Shown piece by piece: positions 20,493-30,600 of a DNA stretch of 32,000 nucleotides (the first letter of the stretch is position 1; each line of letters opens with the position of its first letter). The notes beneath the pieces were generated by a model. It was not told the origin of the DNA and ran no database searches. It worked only from the letters and a program-made list of their open reading frames with translations. Source of the stretch: Amoeboradix gromovi X-113. Taxonomy: Eukaryota; Fungi; Sanchytriomycota. The position numbers and the translations under genes are program-made. Where the stretch lies: contig JADGIF010000011.1 of the NCBI GenBank assembly GCA_018985225.1, positions 1 to 32,000 on the forward strand. The letters are read 5' to 3'.

Positions 20493-20599
20493 TAAAGTTT
20501 ACTGTTGGAGTGCGTGCTAGACATGAGGTGCAAAATCAAAGCTTTAAATTTCGTTAAATTAATGGAGATTTTAGGGCTAATGGACTAAATTGAAATGAG

Positions 20600-21261
20600 G
20601 GACGCTGAAAACGAGAAACAACTTTGACAGTGGTAACAGGTAAAATAACCAACAATGCTAGTCACGGGGTCACATTGATTTGAGATGGTATAATTCTTAA
20701 AATTAGACAACTATCAAATTTAATTGAATGCACCATTATCTTGATCGTGCGAAATATAAATTTCTAATATAATCTCTCTCTAAGTGTGTAACATCTGGAT
20801 ATTCTTTTTTGACTTGTGGCAAACCCCTCCAAGTTGCCACAGCTATAATATGTGAATATAAAGAAATAACCGATACATGCCGAATACACCCACGATTCCA
20901 ATACCTATAAAAGCCATCAAAGAGGTACCTTTACCATTTGCGAGATATTCAGCAGGCAATCGATACATCCACATGCTATTCAAAAGTGGACATCTTACTT
21001 GAAACATTCTCATCTAATAAACAAAAGAGATGTCTGACTGACAAGCCATTGCAATTATCCAGGAAGTTCTTTGACACCAGAATATTCTAAGACATAGTAG
21101 CGGTCATTTAGGATTGGGTAGAGAAGATATAACACTTTAAAGTAGGAACAGCTCACGCCTACGTTAAATGTGAAGAATTCGAAAATCAAGAAGATTTCAA
21201 ACCCCACACTTCTCAAGTAGACAACTTGGGGAGATACCATTTGAGCATGTTCTTGCCTACA
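20600..21261 (+). pseudogene. Probable Fanzor/TnpB N-terminal half (HTH/REC/WED), heavily frameshifted
   Basis: Fragments TLKTR (20602), RW-YN (20683), RDIQQAIDT / MLFKSGHL / QAIAI (~20940-21055), DNLGRYHLSMFLP (21220-21258), in the order expected for Fanzor. Confidence 0.45.
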
Positions 21262-21640
21262 TTATTTCGAAGTGCCTGGATTGATATCTCTATGGTCTTG
21301 GTGACCGCATTGCTGAGAATGAAACCATCTATCATTGACATTCGCTCGACTTTGATGATCGCATTTGAAGCAAGTTATGGTAGAATAGGCCTCATTCATA
21401 ACCAATAAACTTTGACCATACAATTTACATTTATGCGCTAGCCTTTGCTTGAATGTGTATTGACGCAACGATTGAATCCTTTCATAACGCTTGCAGCTAC
21501 TACAAGTGTTGGACACATCATATTGTTTTTGAATGGTCGCAACTCTAATGAGCTTTGAGTTCTTTTCATTTCGCATATTCTGATGCGAACAAATTGCTCC
21601 AAGTCGTAGATCTGCAAAGTGTTGAATGGTGACAAAATAC
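21262..21640 (-). pseudogene. Fanzor/TnpB (IS200/IS605/IS607-derived RNA-guided nuclease) C-terminal RuvC/Zn-ribbon fragment
   Basis: SLRQYTFKQRLAHKCKLYG..MNEAYST (RuvC-II Glu), TCFKC..HSQQCG (Zn ribbon, one Cys lost), HRDIN (RuvC-III Asp). Confidence 0.85.
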
Positions 21641-21929
21641 TAGTACCAATAAAAAGAAGTCCTATGATATTGAGAGTTTATTTTTTGTCTTTTCACTTTC
21701 ACGCCAACGGTAATATTGGTGTAACGCATTCCAGAATAAAACATGTTAGCCAGTAGTGCAATTCGGACAACCAATACCACTCTAGCTTTGAGTTAAAATG
21801 TATATTGAGTCACGCACACTGCTTTATGCAAGATATTTGAATAGACGTGCTAGTTTAGATTCATCCCACTAGATTAATCTGAGTACTATGGTGATTTGAC
21901 TCAAGCATGGTATGCTTAATAGATGAATT

Positions 21930-22520
21930 TATTTTAAACTGAACCAGATTTTCTTATCTCTTTGCGCCCAAGCGAATCTTCTTGTTCTGCCCACTCTTAA
22001 CTCTTCGCTGAATCTGGGTCCGATAGTTGTTAAAATCTGATAAATTCTGTACAGTTTGGTTCTTTACATCTATTCCAGAAACAGTCAACCGTGCTATTGG
22101 CGCTGTGTGACTGATTCCCAATAGCATTGTATTTTTTTGTCAACTCTTGCTTCAAAATGCTTATGACATGCATATAGGATATGGTTTTACTAATATGCCT
22201 ACATTATTTCAAATGGAGAGATGTCATCATATCAATACACAACTCGATAGAACATGGCTTGGTACGAATCTCTTGCAAAGGCACGAGCTGATCCAAATGA
22301 TTTTGGATTACTGACGGTTGGATCTAAATGAACTGAAAATTTAGTAAACTCGTCAACTTACTCCTCATTGTATCTTTCGTCAATAAACGCAAATGATCTC
22401 TGTTAGAAGGTGCTTGATTTCTTCCAAAGTAGAATTAGCTTTGTCAGTTGTTTCAAAAACACCACTTGATGTATCCAAATCAGTGCTTCCATTGTTACAG
22501 TCCTGTGGATTTCGAAAGGC
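21930..22520 (-). pseudogene. Decayed coding-like segment, family unknown
   Basis: Long stop-interrupted frames (..STLEEIKHLL/FAFIDERYNEE*VDEFTKF..SARAFARDSYQAMFY..). Confidence 0.3.
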
Positions 22521-23143
22521 GATAAATATATTAAAACATTTATTTAGTGTTATACTGTGCTATGCATCTTTTTTGAGTAAGTTGAGTCTTGCCGCAATGT
22601 ATTTGTACAATCTTCTGCGATAACGATTTTTCTTATACATTTTCACCCTTGACTACCCAAACACTAAGAAAAGCAGCTTATAATTAGTGTTTCTATTGAT
22701 TAAATAGTCCACCCGGATTAGTCTAGTCTCACCGAAATCAGAATGGGATGGCGATTCGGGATTAATCCAAACCTGCATGTCTATCTTAGAATATTCCGAG
22801 TTTTTGTTGCTTCATAGTATTATTAACCTTGAGGCACTTCTTGTCCTTGTTAGATCAAGGTTTTGACTCCAGATAAATCCCATCAGTCTTTTTCTTCAAA
22901 GAAAGTAAGTTTATTCAACCGTAAATACCTTACTATTTTATGGGGGAAACTTTAGAAAGTAGTGACTTTGTTTCTTATGTAATTGATTCAAGAGATTACT
23001 CCGAGTGTGCAGTTTCGTGCTATGACTTTTATGATGAAAGTATTATATAATCCAATGTAATACTATCCTGATCTAACTCTTGCGACGTGTGCAGCCAAGA
23101 ATGTTTGTAGTGCCGGTCTGAATTTAAAACAGTTTTAAAAATT

Positions 23144-24130
23144 ATGAAAGTTTTACCAGTAGATATACTCTATGAAATATTCCAATATTTAGATATATCT
23201 GATGTGGTGAAAATCAAACAGCTGAATAAACAGTACCTGCACATGTTTAAAGCCGTAAAATGGAGAATTCAAATTCAGCAAGGAAACAGCAATATTTTTT
23301 ACAAGTCCGATTTATTTCATGTTTTCAAACTGTCATTGGACGCATTCCATTTGGAATGTGTGAATTTGAAAACATATTTGAGAGAACTCACTCTCTTAAA
23401 CTGTAAATTAAGGCTGGATTACAACAGTCTTGTAAATATAAGAAAACTAAGCTTGATATCATGTAAAAAGGTTGTTATAGATCTCCCAAAATTGGAATAT
23501 TTAAATCTCTCGTACTCGGAATGCAAAATAATAAACTGTGAGAATGTGTTCCATTTAGATATAAGTTACACCAAAGTAAACAAACTGCCACATACCACTA
23601 GATTAAAGTATCTTTTCATGGACCACACATCTATAACAGATGTCTCACATTTGAACAAGCTGGAAATGCTAAGCGTTGAGGGATCAAATATAGAGTCATT
23701 GCCTAAGACAGGCCATCTACTGAATTTTTTGAATATTAGTCATATTCCAATTACAGAGACGCAGATAATTCAATTTTTACCAACCTGTAAAAATTTAAAT
23801 ATTTTAGAATTAGAACACATGATAATTACTAGTTTAACTCTAGATTGCATAATATCTAACAGAATTCCATTGCATGAACTAAACTTGAATGAAACAAATG
23901 TGTTTACACATGATCTTATTTACTTACTTTCAAACTCCTCTAGTTCTTTGAAAAGTTTATCAATCGATAGTACAAGAGTAGATAAGAGATTTATTGACTT
24001 TTTGATTGATTCCCCCACTAATTTGACCAATCTGAGTGCCCTAGATATCCATTTTGACCTAGTCAAAATTAATTATCTAAAATCGGTCAACAGACACCTT
24101 ATGATACATGTCACTAATTGTTTTCAGTAA
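23144..24130 (+). CDS. F-box/leucine-rich-repeat protein, 328 aa
   Basis: N-terminal F-box LPVDILYEIFQYLDISD; repeated LxxLxL motifs (LEYLNLSY, LKYLFMD, LHELNLNET). Confidence 0.9.
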   Translation: MKVLPVDILYEIFQYLDISDVVKIKQLNKQYLHMFKAVKWRIQIQQGNSNIFYKSDLFHVFKLSLDAFHLECVNLKTYLRELTLLNCKLRLDYNSLVNIRKLSLISCKKVVIDLPKLEYLNLSYSECKIINCENVFHLDISYTKVNKLPHTTRLKYLFMDHTSITDVSHLNKLEMLSVEGSNIESLPKTGHLLNFLNISHIPITETQIIQFLPTCKNLNILELEHMIITSLTLDCIISNRIPLHELNLNETNVFTHDLIYLLSNSSSSLKSLSIDSTRVDKRFIDFLIDSPTNLTNLSALDIHFDLVKINYLKSVNRHLMIHVTNCFQ

Positions 24131-24206
24131 ATCATTTTTCATATCTAGAGCCGTCTATATTTCATCACTTTTAGTCTAGGGGTAAGCTGTTACATACCAA
24201 ATCAAC

Positions 24207-24383
24207 ATGTCAAGCTCGAATGTAATCTCTCCAAAGCCCATTTTAATAAACAGACTCAACATGGTTGACCATGCAGTTGTTGGTAGCCCTATTACCCGTG
24301 CTCCTAATCCTGTTCATGATGATGAATATCCATCGTGTATGCTGCATAGGTCTAAAAGTATGACGGAATTGAGAGAATTGTAA
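24207..24383 (+). CDS. Putative 58-aa microprotein, below the ORF-track cutoff
   Basis: MSSSNVISPKPILINRLNMVDHAVVGSPITRAPNPVHDDEYPSCMLHRSKSMTELREL*. Fills the gap between the F-box and RING genes and ends 37 bp from the RING stop. Confidence 0.55.
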   Translation: MSSSNVISPKPILINRLNMVDHAVVGSPITRAPNPVHDDEYPSCMLHRSKSMTELREL

Positions 24384-24420
24384 AATATAAAATAGTAAAT
24401 ATTGTATTGTAATAATTTAT

Positions 24421-25197
24421 TTATGGAGAGAGTAATGGTTGACTTTCTTCACCATTTTGCCTCCAACTTAACCACATTCGTTTTAACCATCCAATATCTT
24501 CCGTAACGCTCGTTAAACAGTCATGCTTGCAAACAGGACAGAATGACGACTTCTTGGTTAACCAGTATTGTATACATTCTCTGTGGTAATAGTGATGACA
24601 TGGTAACTCACTCATTACTTCCATACTTAGTGCATCCAAGCAAATGGGGCATAAATTTTCTTCAACGCTTTTCTCGTCATGGTCTAATGCATAAGTAGTT
24701 TTATCAATAACTGGCAAAGTGTTAAACTGAAAGTCAGACAACATACGAATAGGCTCTTCATCCGGTGTGTATAAATACCAATGAAGAATTCCACTCATGA
24801 TGCAACTTAGACCCAATAAAATCAGAAGTATAATCAAAATAAGCTGCCATAAATGATTAGGCTCAGTAATAGCTATAATCGGATATCTATCCATTACGGT
24901 ATACTCCGAAATGATATTTAAGACTTTATCAATATCTTCATTCGACATATAATACATATTTAAAGCTTCTGGTACTTGTGTTAAATTAGAAATACTACCT
25001 ACTATATTCAAACTGTTCAAATGACTGAATAAGTCTGCATCTGAACAGTTTGATTCTTTAAATATCAGAACGCTTGGTTGAACAGGTACTGCTATACTGC
25101 ATGGATCTCCAGTAAATATGTAAGATTTATAGTATCCAGGATGATTTTGGTTCAACGGTACTATGGTTAATGAAAGTCCATGTAAAAGTAATTGCAT
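24421..25197 (-). CDS. Transmembrane RING-H2 E3 ubiquitin ligase (PA-TM-RING-like); start codon uncertain
   Basis: TM segment LWQLILIILLILLGLSCIMSGIL; RING-H2 CPIC..LPCHHYYHRECIQYWL..CPVC; first in-frame ATG at 25197. Confidence 0.85.
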   Translation of the reverse strand: MQLLLHGLSLTIVPLNQNHPGYYKSYIFTGDPCSIAVPVQPSVLIFKESNCSDADLFSHLNSLNIVGSISNLTQVPEALNMYYMSNEDIDKVLNIISEYTVMDRYPIIAITEPNHLWQLILIILLILLGLSCIMSGILHWYLYTPDEEPIRMLSDFQFNTLPVIDKTTYALDHDEKSVEENLCPICLDALSMEVMSELPCHHYYHRECIQYWLTKKSSFCPVCKHDCLTSVTEDIGWLKRMWLSWRQNGEESQPLLSP

Positions 25198-25286
25198 GAT
25201 ATCACCCGACAATTCCCCGTGATTTGATCTTAATAAAGTATAAACCAATCAAATCAACATTACCACATAACATATTAAATAGTTTA

Positions 25287-27322
25287 TTACTTCTTCTCAG
25301 CTACAATTGTCTTCAAGGTTTCCTTGAAGTCATTGAAATTGACTATTTCTCCTCTACTCTTTTTAGATTCATCATCTCTACTTCTTACATTTACTGCTTC
25401 CTGATCTAGCTCTTCTTGACCCACAATTAGAATGTAGTTATACTGTAACAACTGAGCATTTCTCACTTTCTTGTTCAATGTTAGGTCGCTTTGATCCACC
25501 TCGCTATAAAATCCCTCCTCGTGTAACCTCTGATTTATTTTAATAGCGTACTCGTTAAATGCGTGCGCTATTGGGATTATTACCACCTGTCTTGGTGATA
25601 TCCAAAGTGGCCTATATTAGATCTTTGTTACCATTTACCAGCGTAGTGTTCCAAAAGCACAGCGAACATCCGTTCAACACTCCCAAGTATTGCTCTATGA
25701 ATCATTACGGGTCTATCTAGCCCTGTTTCGCTTCTGTATTCTAACCCAAATCTTTGTGGCAACTGGAAATCCAACTGAATTGTAGCACATTGATGTGATC
25801 TGTTCAGAGCATCTTTAACCGTAATATCAATCTTTGGACCATAGAACGCACCGTCTCCTTCATTAATAGTCCATGGATTCCCAAATTCATCCAATGCGCT
25901 CTGCAATAATTTCTCAGCCTCATTCCACGTTTCAACTTCCCCCAAATATTTCTCAGGCCTAGTTGATAATCTCAAGTCAAATTTAAATCCAAACACACCA
26001 TAAACCTCTTTTAGAAAATCTAAGCATCCTAGCATTTCCTGTTTGATTTGATTAATTGTACAGAATATGTGAGCATCGTCCTGACAAAAACGACGAACTC
26101 GAGTAAGTCCACTTAGGGCACCACTGAACTCATTGCGATGCAGTACTCCAAAGTCTGCAAGTCGCAATGGAAGTTCTCTATAAGACCTGTCTCTATTCTT
26201 GAACATTAAGCAATGGCCAGGGCAGTTCATGGGTTTTAATGCAAATTTTTCCTTTTCAACATCAAACGAGAACATGTTCTCCTGGTAGTTCATCCAGTGG
26301 CCACTGGTTTCCCAGAGCCTGGTGTTGTACATATTTGGAGTAATTACTTCATGAAACCCTCTTTTGCGATACTGTTCCTTCATATAATCAACTAACTTGT
26401 TATAAACACGAGTACCATGAGGAAGGAAGAAAGCAGACCCAGGTGAGTATTCATGGAACATAACCAACTCCATTTCTTTACCCAATTTACGATGATCACG
26501 TTTAGCAGCCTCTTCTAAAAACTTCTTGTGTTGTTTTAATTCCTTCTTACTTGGAAAGGAGATACCATAAATACGCTGCAATGTATCGTTTTCTTTCTTA
26601 CCTAACCAATAAGCGGCCGAGTTCTTCGTTAACATCAAAGCTTTAATGTATCCTGTATCGGGCACATGTGGCCCACGACACAAATCAATCAGTTCACCGC
26701 AGCGATACACAGTACTGCCTTCAGCAGTGATTTTAGATTCAATCAACTCGACCTTGTATTTGTTGTATTTGAACATATCTAACAGTTCCGCTTTTGTTAA
26801 GAATAAGCGTTCAAAAGGCTGCTTTTCTTTAGTAATTTCATCTATTTGCGCTTCTAATTCATGGTAGTCCTCAGGCGATACTACACGATCATGTTCGTTG
26901 GTGATTTTATTCTTTAGAGTAGCTTCATAAAAGAAACCACCATCCTCTAATGGAGGACCAAATCCTAATAGCGCTTCCATCTTTTGCTCCATACTTTCGC
27001 CAAGAACATGGGCAGAACTGTGCCAAAACACCATTTTCCCTTCTTGAGAACTGAAATCCAACAATTCTAGGTTACAGCTTGTTTCTAAAGGACGATGGAG
27101 ATCCCAAAGATCATTTTTGTTAAGCCTTGCGACTAGCACTCGGTTAGCTAAACTAGTAGAAATATCTTTAGCGATTTCATAAGGAGTAGTTTTCCAGGAT
27201 AAGCCGTCTATTTCTTTGCCGTCAGGTAAAGTGACTTTAATGTTCTCATTAGATTTTGAGCTAAGTTTATCTCTGTATCTGTGCGCATACCTGTCCCATT
27301 TTTCTAATCTCTCTTTTAACAT
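25287..27322 (-). CDS. THS1: Cytosolic-type threonyl-tRNA synthetase, 2 exons (27322-25632, 25611-25287), 671 aa
   Basis: TGS domain, [53 protein letters not shown]. Splicing restores [12 protein letters not shown] and attaches the anticodon-binding domain. Confidence 0.97.
25612..25631 (-). other. 20-nt spliceosomal intron in ThrRS
   Basis: GTAACAAAGATCTAATATAG splits the Trp codon (TG/G); removal restores the conserved GKWPxWxSPRQ motif. Confidence 0.93.
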
Positions 27323-27366
27323 TCTTCTCAACACTTTGTAAACTCCTTAAACTGAATTTTAAATTT

Positions 27367-27648
27367 ATGTTGCTGAAGCACATTGCAAAATTGTCGATTA
27401 ACTATTCAAAGACTAGCCCCAATCCCAATGTAGTTACGTTTTTAGCGCGAATTGGAAAAAAGTTCAAGTCCAATAATCCGGATTGTGTTGTTGAGATTAA
27501 CGAAGGAGTTGATCCACAAGTAATTTGTGAGTTTACAGATGGGAAGACTTTAGACTTCAAGTCCAATAAGGATGATGAGATATACAATCAACTTTTGCAG
27601 TATAGCGATAGATTGGAAATGGAGAACCGGATCGCACAATTAAAATAA
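27367..27648 (+). CDS. Mitochondrial ribosomal protein mL53 (fungal MRPL44-like), 93 aa
   Basis: Size and pattern MLLKHIAKLSINY..FLARI..NPDC..P.V...F.DGK resemble the mL53 fold; divergent from ThrRS across 44 bp. Confidence 0.65.
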   Translation: MLLKHIAKLSINYSKTSPNPNVVTFLARIGKKFKSNNPDCVVEINEGVDPQVICEFTDGKTLDFKSNKDDEIYNQLLQYSDRLEMENRIAQLK

Positions 27649-27664
27649 AAATTGAACAATTTTA

Positions 27665-30600
27665 TTAACCTCTTGCAGGTGGTTTCAATACGTGTATCTT
27701 CATGTTATCACGATCTTTTAATGTTGATGCATCCTGTGGACTAATCAATATGTATTGACATGGTGTGGACTCTGCTGACTCCATTAGTATTCCAATAGCG
27801 ATTTGTCTTGTCAGTGGATCCATGAAGACATCATACTCATCTAAACACCTTAAAGGACTCGGCACATGATGCCATAGTGAGCATAAGAAGCAAACACTCG
27901 CATAGCTCTTCTCTCCGCCACTTAGACTCTTAACATCTCTACTTACTAATTTCTTTTTGTTCTGTATCCTTAATATTTGATCTTGTTCCACCGCTAGTTT
28001 AATATCTAATGTTTTTTCTTCGTGGTTTATCTCTAGAGTACCACTATATCCCCTTCGCTTGGTTAAATATAGAAAAGATTGCTTGGCACTTGCAGTAACC
28101 ATATTCCGATGTGCCTCTAGCTTTTGCTTCCTAATTGTTATCCCCATTTTTAAACAATTTATTATTTTGTCAAATTGCTCCAGCATCGAGTTGGCTTCAT
28201 CAAAGGTCCTTGCATCCTCGGCATACCGCGTCAACGCGTCTTCGTATGTAACGTTTTCTCTTTGCTCTATATCATTCTTCACCTTGTCCAGCTGCTCTTT
28301 CGTTGCTTTTAACTGTGCCAATGACTCCTTTACTTCTATTCTTTCTCCGCTTACCTTACTAGATAAAGATTCCAACTTAAATGATATTTCTACCAAGTCA
28401 TCTTGCCGTTTTTCGATAGCAAGCGAATTGATATTAAGATCTTTAATATTCTTGTTATACTCCAACTCTTGGTCTGTAAGTATTTGGTTTAGATTCCTTG
28501 CGTGGGCCTTGATCTCTCTAATCTCTTCCAAACATTTGTTGGCATTCAATTGTAAGCTGCTTTCCCTCGAGATATCCTCGCTTATCAAAGATTCGGTATC
28601 CACTATTTCGGAATTGTAAAGCTTTAGCTGTTTTTGGTAGCTCTGGATTATTGCATTGGAGTCGTTTATCTGTTTTACTAATCCGTCGTTCTCTGCTTGT
28701 TCTACATTCATTGATTTGACTAACTCGTCTACCTTTTTATTTAGCTGCTTATTTTTATTAGACAACTCCTTTAACTCGCCTGCTACTGCACGCGATGCAG
28801 ACTCTGAATTGCTGGCTTTTAATTTAACTTTATTTAATTCTAGCTCCAAAACTCGCTGCTGGTTACTCAGCTCTGTCAAGCTATTTCTAGCCTCTTTTAT
28901 TAATACACCCTGATTAATTGCAAATGGTGATGCACCGCGATGTAAGGCTAACCATTTGGATTGTTTGTTGTTCTTGCTCAACTCATATCCACTCATTTTA
29001 CTTGATTGGATGGGGTAATAGGATTTAATGATTTTACTGTTATTGCATGACATACAAGACTCGCGGTCCTTGAATAAAGCCAAAGATTCTATGCGGTATG
29101 AGTCGATTAAGTGTCTTGTAACATATTCATTATCAATCGATAAAATGGAATAAAAAGTAGTTTGGTCATTGATTACACCACTACTGAAGTCAAATAGTTC
29201 TCTACTTCGCAAAGTTATGCTAGGTTTATACTTGTATTGTTTCATTATGGATTTTAACTTACTTAAATCAGACTGAGTAAACACGATAAAATCAGTCATA
29301 TTTCTAGCCAATATCGAATCCAGTATTCTATGGAATTGGCTGTAATCTGATTTTAATTGAACGTGTAATCCTATAGGTCCAAGAGGTTTAAACTTCCAAT
29401 CGGACTGATTAATTGTGTTGATTATGAGTTCCATTGTGGATCCACCTATTGCATTTATTTTGTTCCTCTCAGCAGACTGCATTTCACTAATCTCAGCACG
29501 TATAGTTAGCCCTTTTGATTTTAACTCATTCAAAGACGCTACGTGAGATCCTACATCCTTCTCAAATTTCTGTTTCATTTTAGAGTGCTTGTCCAATTCA
29601 GAGTTCTTTTCGTCCAATAGTTTTAAAAAGCCTTCTCTCTCCTTGTGAGCGTGTGCTAATTCGATTCTAACTTGATTGATTCTACTCTGCTGCGTTGTAC
29701 TAAATTGTTCAACTTCTGATTCTAACCGTTTATTATAGTGATCCAGCTTCAAGCTTTCAGCTTCTATCTGTTTATTTAAGATAGATTTCTTGCGATTCAA
29801 GTCATTGACCTTTGATTTATTAGATTTTATTGCGTTTTTTATCATTTCTGATTTATTAACTGATGGGTCTCGTAAATCTAAACACTCGGACTCTTTAACT
29901 TTTAGCTTCTCAATAGAGTCCTTTGTATTACTTAATTTTTGGTGAGTGCTTTCGACTAGCAATTTGAGTTTAGTTGAAAATTCTCTTAACTTGACTAAAT
30001 CAGATTCGCAAATTTCTTTGCTCTTTTCGCACTCATAAACCATTGCCCATAATATTTTCGTTATAATACTACTGATTTGTGTGGATGCATGCTGTGCTTG
30101 TTCAACACGATTCAAAATGGTTTGCGATTGTTTCTTTTTTGACTCTAATATGGACAGGTTTTGTATTTTAGATGTCATAATAGTTTTGGATTTCATGTAG
30201 TTTTTGTATGCTGTCTCTAGCCATTCTTCAACTTCGCTAAGTCGTGTGGCTCTTTTAAAGAAGTCGTATTTGTTTTTGACTGACGAAGAAAACAAGAATT
30301 TCTTGGCATTCTCCTGAGTCAAAACATTTAAAGGATTATTAACAACTATATTGAAGTGATCTTCAACCATTGATACTACAGATTTCTTGTCTTTATATAT
30401 ACAGAGATTGGATTCGCTAAGCAACTTCCAATGACCATTAGCACTATCTAATCTACGTTCTATGACTATGGATGCACCAAATCTTTCATACTGATAAGGA
30501 TACTTGGTATTGTCAATGGTTAATCTTATTGTGGCAGACTTGTGGCCATCTTTAATTAGATTCCTTAAATTTCTGCCGCGATCGGAGAACGCGCTAGTTC

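Larger units (their letters stand above)
20431..23088. mobile_element. About 2.64-kb insertion flanked by 11-bp direct repeat tcttgcgacgt (20431-20441 / 23078-23088), carrying the Fanzor relic
   Basis: Exact repeats lie 34 bp from the kinase ATG and 55 bp from the F-box ATG; removing the block leaves an ~100-bp divergent promoter, a size typical of this window. Confidence 0.6.
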
